A program made the translations under genes and the position numbers. DNA of 59,843 bases, filler included, from Porpidia crustulata (taxonomy: Eukaryota), in the NCBI GenBank assembly GCA_964255105.1. It is 6 parts of 6 records of this genome, joined end to end, with 100 filler letters (N's around TTAATTAATTAA, not from the genome) between each part and the next. Parts side by side here need not be neighbours in the genome. Positions count along the whole stretch, not along the records: positions 30,009 to 39,889 come from CAXUWE010000870.1; positions 39,990 to 49,869 come from CAXUWE010000871.1; 4 more parts are not named here. One strand, written 5' to 3'. This document shows, piece by piece, positions 38,109 to 49,969 of this stretch. The notes beneath the pieces are model-generated. The model saw only the letters and a program-made list of their open reading frames with translations. It had not been told where the DNA came from and did not search any database. Each line of letters opens with the position of its first letter. Position 1 is the first letter of the stretch.

Positions 38109-39889
38109 TTGACACTCCTCTCGAGCGAGACCACCGAGACAATATCGACTGCCCCTTTTACAGCGGTAGTCTTCAAGACTAAGGTCTGTGTGTCAGAGAG
38201 TGAGCCTTATAGAGAGAGTATTGAAGCCTTACGCGCAGGGCATATTTGGGGATTTGGTCCTGTTGGAACTTTCACCCATGTTTACGAGCGAGGTTGACAA
38301 GTAGCGACGTTCCTGCATTGGACGGAATAGCGAGCATCAAAAGAAGCATGCGGACAAAGGGCGTATTTTTAACGACTTGAAAGTCGTGGTGCTGGAGGAT
38401 TTATCGCTCACGTGGCGGACGCAATCTGGATGATGAACGCATCCAGTTGCAAGTATCTCGGAACAAGACAATGCCCGCAAGCCACTCAAGAGGGGTCAAT
38501 CATCCTCATTAGTCTGGCAGGCCTTTCTCCCCACTGCTACTCGAGCGCTCATGTCGATCCTTGGGGTTGCATCATGGGGTATAAGGGCTGTAGGCTTTCT
38601 TGAGTCTGATGTCTTGCTGCCGAGAACAACTGTTGACTAGTTATTGGCTGTGGCAACAGCGGAGAGAAGGTCGCCTTGTCTGAAAATAGAGGTTTCTTCA
38701 TTGGCCTTACTCGAGATTATGCCCATATCGAGTAGTAATATTAGCCTGGGAGTTCGCCTGCACGGCAGTCTGGATGGAGCCATTGCAATATTCCTGGAAA
38801 GGGCATCATGTCGGGGTCTTGCGAAGGATGTGTGGTTCTTGAACATCATTATCATAGGTTCATAGGCGGCAGCTTCCACTGGCAAGGTGCGGGCTACCCT
38901 CGAACTGGTTCGCGTCCAGTGGGCCTTCCAAGTGTATTCGCAACATCGCGGAACACAGTCCAAGGTTTGTTGAATGCTAGACTGACAACAAAGGCTTGCG
39001 CGATCCAAGCGTCTCGGTTTGGATATGATGTGGCCAACTCTTGGGTCTCATCTGGTGCATTAGTTTGCATATGTTTTGGTCCCCTATTGGGTCTCATAGG
39101 GCTCATAAGCGGACGACCTGTGATGTTCAGTCTTATGCACACTGTGGGGTTTCAAGGGATTATGGGGGCAAGCGTACTATGTCGTTGCTCGTATTTTTCC
39201 GAGGTCTATTTTTGGGCCGCGAGATGGTGCACAGACGCAGGAGGATGAGATGCCTTATCTTCCGCAGGAAAACTAGACTTCAAGGCAATCGAATGGGACT
39301 GAGCTATTACCCTCTTAGCAATTGTAATTTCCCAAAGTAATCGAGCCAGCGAATGAAGGGTCGTTGTTGTGAAGCTATAAAGCTTGAGACGGATGATATC
39401 GAAGGAATGGAGCCCTAAATTCGGACCCGATACGCGAGCTGTAGGCTGGCAACTCTGGAACCAACAAACTGTGAAACATAAATCGAGCCTTGACATCCAA
39501 ATGATCTTAAGAAATCAGGACAAAGTACATGTTATTAAAGGACCGTTCTTGGTGCTCCCTTCAACACTGCCACAGATTGATACTATACACAGCACGTTAT
39601 TGATGCACAGCAACTGAATTTTCGGGAAAATATTGTACGGCATTCAATTGACGAAAGAGAGCCGCATTCGACTACATGGAACCGGCCTTAGCCATGCAGG
39701 AGGAGTTCAACAACCTCCACGGGTGAAGTCAAGGTACATACGCCATGCGCACAGAGATCATCAGTGGTCATGGGGTCTTCAATGACATGATCTGGCACAT
39801 GTACGCATGTTAAGTATGTCGTGAAGGACAGGGGTGGTTAAAAGGTGTCAAGGCCAATTTCAACCAGCAACAGATATGGACTGCCGTAC

Positions 39890-39989
39890 NNNNNNNNNNN
39901 NNNNNNNNNNNNNNNNNNNNNNNNNNNNNNNNNTTAATTAATTAANNNNNNNNNNNNNNNNNNNNNNNNNNNNNNNNNNNNNNNNNNNN
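39890..39989. other. Artificial contig spacer
   Basis: N44-TTAATTAATTAA-N44. Confidence 0.99.
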
Positions 39990-40450
39990 AGGGGAGGGAG
40001 TAAGGTTTAAGAATTGGGTTTAGGGGTTTAGGGGTTTGTGTAGAAGGATCCCGTCTCAGCGTTAAATTCAGCGTAATATAGAACTAAGCACCTACAGAGA
40101 TCGTAATCAAGGCGACAACCCCATCACCGCGAATACGTCATTGTGTCTGCACCCAAGTGATGGATTTGACATCTCGGAAGAAATTCGAACCGTCGGAATC
40201 ATCGTCGGCGGTTATTCGCACGGACTCGAAGTGGAAAGAAAAAAACAAACGTAATCCTCTCAACCACGTCAAAAACCCATAACTCCAGCGTCTTTAACTC
40301 TGCTGTTAAATTTCCAACCTGGAGATTACATATCCCTACCTCTCATTTCCCTATCCCCTATTTCCCAACATATATACAACACATAACCCCGAACTTAGGA
40401 TTACCGATTGTCGTTTCCGTTTAGAAAAGGGAGCACTGAGAGAGGAAGAG

Positions 40451-40505
40451 GGAGTGGGAAGGAGTAGGGGGGAGTAGGAAGGAGTGGGAAGGAGTATTGG
40501 GGGAG
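40451..40505 (+). repeat. Imperfect 10-bp purine-rich tandem repeat (GGAGTRGGAA-like, about 5 copies)
   Basis: ggagtgggaa ggagtagggg ggagtaggaa ggagtgggaa ggagtattgg read directly. Confidence 0.8.
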
Positions 40506-42678
40506 CAAATATGAACGCTATGAGGCGGTGTGAAGGCGCATCTCAGTGAATAGAAGTCTACATACTGTGGCTTCTGGCTCCTCTGTTATTATTCTGCTGC
40601 TGCAATATTTTTGAACGGACTACAACTTGCAGGTTAGGCATCATGACATTTCTCAAGATCGAAATACCTCGCTAGATGTGATTTCTCTAGATACTTTGAA
40701 TATGGGAGAGAGTTGCGTAGCGCATTCTCGGCCGCATTGATAGAGGTTTAGAGGCAAATATAAATTCAAGAAGTTTTTTTTGAAAAGGTGTTTTGACGAC
40801 TTGCTGTGCTTGTCGCCGTGAATGAGGAAAGGGGCACGATGCAGATCGGTTGGTATTTGCGTTCCTTCACGCAGGGAGCTTTGTGTGTGGTTCGGGAACA
40901 ATCGTGAATTGATTGTCCTAGATAGAACTACGGAACTATCTATCCCTCCAGGTGGCAGTCCGTGTGCCACCAGGATCATCGGGTACGCCTTACATATTCA
41001 GTGAAGCCCTAGCCTTAACATTAAGCCTATGATAGTAAGATCAGGTAATTAGAAGTAATCATTTTAGGCATCGGGTATATCTGGATAGGTAAGCACGGTA
41101 AGGTGCCCGACTATCCTACAAATGAATGCGGGTGCCTCTCGCGGGGTTCACCTCGACGGGAAAGCAGAAAGGCTCTCGATACATTGCTTAACGAAGATAG
41201 ACTCCTAAAAACCTGGGATCGCTATATGTCGGGGATGTATTCTCGGTGCAGAAGAAATATCAATAAGTATGCAGAAAACTAGAGGAGCATTGATACCGCA
41301 TATTTCACAGCTGTAGAGAGCAAATTGAGAAAACGTGAGAGAACGAAGCTCGAAAACCTACGATTTTCAGCCTGATGAGCTTTCTCACTGTCCTTCATGT
41401 GGATGTGAGAATGCTTATGCTATACTTTCGTCGTAGATGATCTGAATTATACGTATTAAAGGAACTACGTGTAGTAAATTGGGAACTATGTCTAGTATCT
41501 ATTATGGAAACTACCTTTAAACGTTCTCCCGGCCAAGGGAGGCTGACATCACGTGACGCGGCTACCCATAAGTACAACTACACACCCCTAGCTCGGTCAC
41601 GAGCACCTAGAGCTAACCGAGAACTATGCCTAAGAGTACCCCTCCCGCCTAAAACATACCTAAATATAGGGACTCTTGGCTAAGCCTAGGGGCTGTCCTC
41701 ATTGCCATTCATTTTTTCAATATCTTTGACATGCTAATCGCTCCCATGCCAACCCTTCAACCTTCTACATACCCCTCCTCTTCATTCCGCTGATTTGCTA
41801 AGCTGCCAACAACTCTACGTTTTACGCTCCTTTGATTAGTATTGGCTATCTCCCTCCCTCTTATTCATCTTTTCGTCACGGATATGTCGTCGTGAAAATT
41901 GATGCTGTCAGCATATTTCATCTTCATCCAGTGTCCCCCAGCCCGTCACTCGGCCCTTTCATCCTCCCATATTCATGTATCCTAACTCACTCTTACGTTC
42001 GACGTGGATAGTCGGATTTTGCAAGTCAAGGCAATCATTCTATCATACCTTCTGTTACGTCGAATGAAACCGGCAGCACCACAGCGCTATCTCCGACATT
42101 TCTCCCTGTACGAAGGGAGAAATGCTCATCTTCGCGATCCCTGCTCTCGATAATCTTGGTCATGTACTCCGCAAATGCACGGACTGGCGAGTTACTACCC
42201 AGTGAGGTTCGCCACAACTTCTTTTTTTCCGTTTGGCTCGGCGACAAGGATTCTCCTCCATCAAATACACTCAATAATATCGTGCTAGAAAAACATCGAA
42301 TAACTGTCCGTGTTCTTATAATACTCGTTCCCTAGTTCGCAGATATTCGTACTCTCTCATGGAAATGCAGCACTGGCTGCTTGTATTTCCTCGTCGGGTT
42401 TTATAGAATCGACTAATCTACCTCCGTAGATAGTAGCGAGAATCTTTGCATCAGAACACCACTTATCAGAGGCAGACAGAGGCATCGTCTTTGAGTTGAT
42501 AGTTTCAACTGTCGAATAAGATGTCTCAGACTCAGCGTTTTCTGGCTTTACAAGGTTAAGAAAACTTAAGTTGTTCAAGATATGTTCTGGAAGGCATTTA
42601 AATTACTAGTATACTAACAAGGGACGCCACCTTAATCACTCCCTATTCGGATATTTTGACTCGCCAGGACATAGGATG

Positions 42679-44565
42679 TCATCTCTGTCTTCGCTGGCGA
42701 TTTCGGATCCATTTCCAAAGCGATCTAATCCACCCACCAATATCCAAGATATAGAAGCAGTAGGAGAGTAGTACTACCGGGACTGACACAGCGAAAAAAA
42801 CCCATATAGATAAGTAATTTCCGGGCGCAATCTCCGAAAAGTTCGCACCAAAGAGAGACGTTGTGAATGATAATGGGATGAAAAAAGATGCGAGAAAAGT
42901 CAGCTTCTTCAACCTCGCGGCTTGATCGATTGCCTTTCTTGACTCAGCTACAATAGCCCGGTTCATCATTACTCCCATACCGTCCGTGCAGCGCTGACAT
43001 AACTCCAAGGCTTTAGTAAGTAAACCATCATAGTCTTCCATAAGTTGGGGCACAGCTAGAGAGGCTTTCCTTTGACTTCGGGCGTCGGTCGCTGAAGGTC
43101 CATTCCCAGCAACTTGTGACTTGATCGTTCGTAATACATCTCTAATCTGGCGTACATGTCGCTCAAGAACAGACCGAAAATATTGGAGATTATCTAGAGA
43201 GTAACTTCGATCACGCTCAAGAATAAGAATGCCTATTTCATTGTCAATTTGCCAGTCCATGAGATTGAGGAGTTGCACTCCTGAGAAAGCGGCGTGTTGA
43301 AATACTACATTGACGGCATAGAATGCGTCCTGCTTTGCTGTCTCGTTGTCGACTAGTGAGTTGCAGTCAAATGGGAGCAGCATAGTGCTTTGATGTATCA
43401 TGGAATTCTTTAATGCGGCGGTCTCTGATATATTGATAGAATCGCCAGCACTTTCAGTATGTGCTTGTCTCGCTACCATCTCAACATGATGTTGTATGAC
43501 GGGAAAGGAACTAGCACTGCTTCCTGGCCCGTTGTGATTCGAGCACCAAGGTCCATTCGGCCCAAGCGCAAGGTCCCTTCCAACGTCTGCCCACACCAGA
43601 GCTGAATTGAATTAGCTCAGCCTATCCCCCCAATGATTTCGGTACGTACCAAACCAGTCTTGTTTGCTTTTGCGTATGCATACAGATATCTCCTGTTCAA
43701 CGATAGAGAAACGCTCGTCTAGTGTATAGTATTCTCTGACAATTGAATCGCCATAGCGAGCATTAGTCTGGTACAAGCGAGCATAAGCCTTCAAGCTTGC
43801 TGCCTCAGATCTTCGTCTTGCCGCCAGGTTTCTGTATTCGTTGCGAAGGGGGAAGCCATGCTGGACTATAATGGTATTTATCCGAAGAGTAATAATGTTC
43901 TTCGAGGAAGACGGCAAAGATGGCGTTGAGAACGCACTTCGATAGACTAGTGTCGTCATAAAAGCAAGATGACGATTGAAGAACTCCGGATCGATTCGAA
44001 AAACACTACCAATAGTACTAATCCAGTCCGGACTAGCATAGCCTCGTAGGAACAGGACTCTGTTGATTCTGTCTGCGGACCTAATCTGAGTCAAGAAAGA
44101 ATCAAGATCGCAGTATCGGTATTGAAGGATTCTAGATGGTTCACGAGGAGCTAAGCAATGGAGAACCGCTAATACATGTTGATCATCTAATGTGGATTTT
44201 TGATGAGTCTCTTGCTGGATCCATGCGGCCAAATCTAGATAATTTTGCCCAGGATACATTGAATTCGCGGTGTGCCTTCGTGAGTGGGCAACAATAGACT
44301 GCACATAATCCCGGGCTTTCTCTGCATTGTCGTGAACATAAGATATAAGATAATCGAGAACGGAATTACACTTACGGCGATCAATTGAACTGGACTGCGA
44401 AGATCTGGTGAGTCCGCTCTGGGGAACTTTCTCTGGCACAGGGATTTCCTCCTGGACTTCATGACGTCTTTCGTTCCACAAGGCTGCAGCATTGATGGAT
44501 TTGCTGTCGTGACCAGGCTCGTTTGAGGCCGGATATCTACCGGCTTCATGCTGGGAGCGTTGCAT
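42679..44565 (-). CDS. Fungal CorA-like protein (large soluble N-terminal domain, two C-terminal TM helices)
   Basis: FRIDPEFFNRHL, helical stalk AESRKAIDQAARLKKLTFLASFFIPLSFTTSLFGANF, second TM SIWVFFAVSVPVVLLS; intron 43602-43649 joins the two ORFs in frame. Confidence 0.85.
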
Positions 44566-45154
44566 TCTTTAAGAAATGAACCCGGCTACATTACCCTTGT
44601 GCTTACAAAAACCATTATACATTCATCGCAGAAGAGATTTTAAAGGCGCAGAGGATAAAGCAGAAATCTACAACAAGGCTGTGCGATCATTTCAATCGAG
44701 GTGCATCAAATGCTGCCTGAATGTCTAATCGCCAAGACCATGTTCCAAGTCCTAAGCAGCTTGCATGCCCAATGATGCTTCAGCCTTGCAAAATAAAGCG
44801 AAAAATTGGTCAGGAGACAGAAGATAAGTGGATGAAGCTTATCTCCAGTGTTCTTATGGGGGTTGTTATAGGGCAGGCGCAGCATTATACACCAGTGAAC
44901 CCTTAGCAAATCATTGGTGGCGGCAGAGCACTCTCTGATACGTTTACCCATCAAGACTAGCTTCTTCTGAACCTGTTCACCCCTCGTCTCGGACCCAAAA
45001 AATGCCATATTCTTGCTAAGGTAGCTATCCAATCCCATGTTGTTAAGAGCAACTGTTCATCTTCTTCCCTACTATGCGGCTCTTATACCACTCACCGTGG
45101 CCTGTGGAAGACTAATTCAAGCTACAAGACTTTCAACTTTCTGGGCCATAAGAG

Positions 45155-46212
45155 ATGGCTCATGACGATGGCGACATAGTAGCAGACATTCATTATCTAT
45201 CTCGCAGCGATGTGTACAAGACTATCAAACCATACACTCTGCGATACAAGCCCCCAGGATCTCTACCTATTACAAATGTAGCACGCGAACAGAAAGCTAC
45301 AATAATTCGCAACATGCGACAACACCCAGAAAAATTGCAGTACGATAATTGCGGGTTTCAATTTGCAAACCTGGATACACAGATGACTTGGGAAGACTTT
45401 TCGGATGTTAACAAGATTGACCAAGTTCATCGCCCGGAAATCGAGCAATGTGTGAAGGAGAAATTGCAAGCATCATCTGTACAGGTTCTCGATTACGTGG
45501 TAGGGTTTGCCTTCGCGTCGCACTCATAGAACTTTTCTCACCTGCACGGTAGGTACGAAGGCGTCATGCATCATTTCCTATTGCTACAGGAGAGCCGTAC
45601 GAATGGCAGCAGCCAGCCTCAAGGGCACACATTGGTGAAGCATTACATCAGTATTGCCTCCGTCGAAGCTAACAAGCTAGACTTTACATACAATGCGGGT
45701 GTCAGCACTATACGCAATGCATTTCCCGACAAAGCGGACGGTATATTGGCGGCTGGGTGGCAATTTGCGAAGTAAGCCCGTCTTTCGTTCCACGTCCCCT
45801 ACAATTGACCTAATGCGAGAAAGCGTATGGCACCCTCTGAGAGGTCCTTTAGTGGATTGGCCACTTGCGGTTTGTGATGCGGCTTCGGTGAACTTCGAAA
45901 ACGACACAATGGCTGGAGATGTGGTGGAAAGGGCAAAAGCCTTTGAAAACACTCAAGTACACTTCAACCATCATCAAAAATGGTACTACTTGAAGGATCA
46001 ACTTCCATCTGAACTTCTTATATTCAAGAATGCTGACAGCCAGTCGATATATGGCGCATCTCCTGGTAGGCTTGCACGCAAAGTTCTTCGTAGCCTACGG
46101 CTCTTACTTAGCTGCATTAGGTGTTCCTCACGCCTCTTTCTGCAATCCACTGGCTTCACATAATGAAACACCACGCGAAAGCATTGAATTCCGGCTGGTA
46201 CTAATGTGGTGA
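45155..46212 (+). CDS. AsaB/CmcJ-like putative Fe(II)/2-oxoglutarate-type hydroxylase/desaturase
   Basis: Spliced product contains LDYV|VRRR, RAHI|D (HxD), [45 protein letters not shown]; four predicted introns (~45499-45552, 45634-45680, 45771-45822, 46067-46120). Confidence 0.9.
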
Positions 46213-46822
46213 TCTAGAGCGTGTGGAAAGTAACAAGCAAAAATCGGTGTCAAGAGCTATCAAATCCCTTTATTGAAGGGATATGGCTCTGGGTTCGAAA
46301 CTGATTGCAGAGGGCAGGCAATGAGAAGATCACAATTTATCGTCCAAGTCTCCATAATATTCCTCCGTGCAAACCGTTTTGCTAGCTCCTTTCAACGGCA
46401 TTGAAACCGCTCGCATCAGCTCAAGTGCAGAACATACGCGACCTAATGAATTGGAAAAAGAGATCTCCTTTCGTTAAAAATTGTTCCGGTAGGAGATTTG
46501 ACAATCAACAATCGTTCTATCGATGCTTCGCAATCCTTGGCACTTAACCAATATAGGGTATATACAAGTAATGCAAGAATTGCAGAAAGGTAACCCGTCG
46601 AACAATTTCATGTACTGCCTACTCCAATCGAGCAAGCCTGGTACGGTGACTTGGCCAGGGATTGCTATAGGTCTCGTGCGCTATAACACCCATCTTGTGG
46701 GCCAGGATTATAGATTGATCAAGTTCTCCTGGTCATGCATACTTAGCTACGAGTGGCTTGTGTTTTGTGGGAAAACCAAGAAGCTTACATCAGACGCAAT
46801 CGAGGTTGGTATGAAACCAGAT

Positions 46823-47146
46823 TCAAGTATCTGAAGCCAAGGGTTTGGACTGCCGATACGATACTCGGACTGATGGACTCATTGCTGCGGTCTTAGCAGC
46901 CTCCTCGGCCTGCGCAACGCACAACTTGCACTTGCCGCCACACGAGGCTTCGTGGCTCAAGTCGCCATGGCTTGCGCCATCCAGAACAATGGTAACGCCT
47001 TTGAGTAGACCATAATCGAGCACTTCCTGAGCGCCCTGATCGTCCTGGCCATCTCCGCCTTCATCAGCGGCGCCTGTCTCCCGCGTATCTTGCTGTGCTG
47101 GAGGCCATGTGGATTTCCATGGTTGTATCTTATCCTCGCCAGACAT
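46823..47146 (-). CDS. Small hypothetical protein (~107 aa), acidic N-half with an H-x3-C-x3-C-x2-C motif
   Basis: ATG at 47146 preceded by a pyrimidine-rich leader; MSGEDKIQPWKSTWPP...DLSHEASCGGKCKLCVAQAEEAAK; GC-richer than its flanks. No family recognised, and the 3' end could be spliced. Confidence 0.5.
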   Translation of the reverse strand: MSGEDKIQPWKSTWPPAQQDTRETGAADEGGDGQDDQGAQEVLDYGLLKGVTIVLDGASHGDLSHEASCGGKCKLCVAQAEEAAKTAAMSPSVRVSYRQSKPLASDT

Positions 47147-48289
47147 GTCAGTAAGCGTGAGACTGATGGAAAGAGGCAAAAATGGATTGATGATTTGAAA
47201 CTTTCTGGTGCTGAAGTGAATAATAGTCGCAAGTATGGCAGATGTGAACCCCGCACTCGCAATGAGATAAGAGCCTCCTTCGCTCGATGGGCTTTCTACG
47301 ATCGATCGATCGCCCTCCCTCTGGAGCACCCTGTGTATATGTGCGTGCCACGTCCATCAATGCGCCAGCGTTTACTCGGATATTGCCCCGTTCGAGTGGC
47401 TTGCTTAATGAAGCATTCGATTGTTGCATCGACCGCTATTGTTGCGATGGTGGTTGAAATTAACCTCGGCCAGGAATCCTGGAAGTTTTTACAGTTCCAG
47501 CGATCTAAACATTTAGCTCAAATACTCCGGAGGAAGCCAACCAGTCATGCTCTGCGCTAGCTACTAGTGCGCACACTAATTAGCACGGCAGTAATCGTTG
47601 AGCCCTAACCCTACTTCCTCGGTCCTAATCCTATGAATTTCAACTGTCTAATTTTCATCAGAAACACTCGTTATTGGACTGCTCGTTGGAATGGAAATGT
47701 TCATGAATCTGCTTCTTCTGATGATTTTGGAAGCTGAACAGGTAGATATCCAAATGGACATATTGATGGTTAGGGTTCGATTGTCAGCCCTAACCCGCGC
47801 CACGAATGTGACTGCACTAGTAGTCGGCGCATTATGAAAGCATGACATTGTGTCGAAACAAGACGTGGGAATTCGCATCTTCAATATCGAAGCACACATG
47901 AGGTACCTAGGGTTATTATTCCCACCAATAATGTGATGACAGATTGACTGCTCTATCATGATGGGGATTTTCCCTTGCAGCTCCATGCTGCAAGCTTTCT
48001 GGAGGATTCACCAACACCTTCCCCTACAAGGCAAATGCCTAACTCCAAGCATACCTGTGGGCGTACAGCGCTATTCCAAATTTCATCACTGCTGTTGTGC
48101 GGTGTTTCTTTGTCAGCGAAGCTCAACGAACTCGCGGCCCTCCGCATTTACTCGTATTTTTTCCTCACATAAAGTGACAGCTCAATGAGATTTGTCGTGT
48201 TTACTTCTACGACAATCTACAAAGGGTCTTCATCTTCACATCCACAAGCCCAGCTGTCATTCAAGCCTCCGCTCCTTTGCCAGTTGGCA

Positions 48290-49869
48290 ATGTTGCCGTC
48301 AGCCTTGAATCCAGAGACTGTCAGCAATGGAGAATCGTGAGATGCGCATCATCTCGGGTAGCGTTGACCATACGCAGCTCGAGTAGGTAGTTCTTTCACG
48401 TCCGGTAAATTTCCTTGAACTAAGTGTACGGAAAGCATTGTTCTCATTCCAGGCCTCGGAACAGTGCCAGTGGAGAATTGGCCCTTTTGTTCTCCGCTGT
48501 GGCTCCATCGTATCCTACCCCCACAGCTATCGTCTGCACGTATCCTCACCTTTGATATTCAAATCCCTCTGAGTGATTCTTTCTCCTGGCAATATGTTTT
48601 ACTCGAAGGTAGCGTGCTTCTTAAATCACTGTCGGACTATACAAGACTCGTGGCATCGAACGAGGTAAGCCGGCAAAAGACCGGTCTCAGTTAGGTAACG
48701 AACTTACTCTAAGCAGGCTCGACCTCGGCCAATGCTCTTCATTTGTCACAGCCTGGGTGGTATCGTGTTAAAGCAAGCATTCTGCATTGCTAATGAACAG
48801 CTGTATAGATACGAGCACCTCATCTGTCTTGTATCTGGGATTATCTTTCTTGGAACCCCTCACCTTATGGCGAAGCAAGAAGACACATGGGATAGAGTCA
48901 TGAAAATACTCAAAGTTACCAATAAGACAACCCCAAGAATTGCAGGAGAGCGTTTGCTTGAGGAAAGCGCCATGTTGATAGACATCTTCATAAGATTCGA
49001 GGGTCTCCACCTTCGAGCCCCAATCCTCTCCGCTTTTGAGACCCAACCAACAACAATCCATGAGAGACGGTTTGCTAAAAACCTGCGCGCTGTCGTAAGT
49101 AGGATAGAAGTCTATTTGCTATAGCTGTAATTCAGATTTTGGGAAGAGATAGCTGATGATGCAGCTTGTTGACAAAACGTTGTGCACTACGCACGCCCCA
49201 CGAGAAGAATTCATTGCACTTCCACTCGACCATATCTCAGCTTGTAATCTCGAGAAGAGTGGCAACGAGCTCCAGACGATAATTGAGTTTATTACCGAGG
49301 TTCTAATGGACGCAGATAAGTCGATTTCCAGGAGACTAGAAGCGAGTAGGTTTGCTGCCCTTTTGATGCAGAGAAAATTAATGTGATTCCTGCCCAGTGA
49401 ACACACGATATATAACCTCGAGCGCTTACTCACCGAAAGTCAGTGATCCGAGTATTATTTCCTATGAGCGAATCGCCGAAGGTACACAGGCCTTTATCAA
49501 ATTGTCCGATCGACTTCGATGCTGATACTCGCAGAGCACGACGAAAGCAGAAAGCAGAGCCAGTCGCACGGAAGGAATTCAAGTTTGGTAACTGAGCCGA
49601 GTACTTCAGTATCATCTCAAGGGTACGAATTTGTTCCCACTATTGCGAACTTCTCCGTAGCAAGGAAGGAACCCCGCCTGCCATGCTATGTCCTTCACTC
49701 CATTGTTCGCAATCCGGATTTTTTCGGGCGTAAAGATATTCTGCGGATCTTGGAGAACTCTCTTCTTCCATCACGGGCTAAATTCATTTCGTCAGAACCA
49801 AGCAGTACAAGATACTTTGCCCTAACGGGCATGGGCGGGCTGGGGAAAACTGAAATTGCAACGGAATTT
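48290..49869 (+). CDS. Fungal NLR: SesB-like alpha/beta-hydrolase plus NB-ARC NTPase (C-terminus, probably a repeat domain, lost at contig end)
   Basis: IVLIPGLG, nucleophile elbow FICHSLGG, IIFLGTPH, SAFET, LDHISAC; then RNPDFFGRKDIL and Walker A GMGGLGKTEIA. Predicted introns include 48665-48716, 49096-49165, ~49346-49397 and ~49482-49534. Start is uncertain. Confidence 0.88.
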
Positions 49870-49969
49870 NNNNNNNNNNNNNNNNNNNNNNNNNNNNNNN
49901 NNNNNNNNNNNNNTTAATTAATTAANNNNNNNNNNNNNNNNNNNNNNNNNNNNNNNNNNNNNNNNNNNN
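49870..49969. other. Artificial contig spacer
   Basis: N44-TTAATTAATTAA-N44. Confidence 0.99.

Noticed and set aside
38400..39889. Several overlapping 60-146 aa ORFs
   Set aside because: Random-looking composition with no motifs; more likely the upstream regulatory region of the zinc-finger gene.
40016..40037. True telomere at the start of contig 5
   Set aside because: Only about two TTTAGGGG units, not canonical TTAGGG, and the G-rich strand is in the wrong orientation for a left chromosome end.
30009..46212. Two AsaB-like genes as one biosynthetic cluster or a recent duplication
   Set aside because: They are on different unlinked contigs, are very divergent, and no PKS, NRPS or terpene core gene is present.
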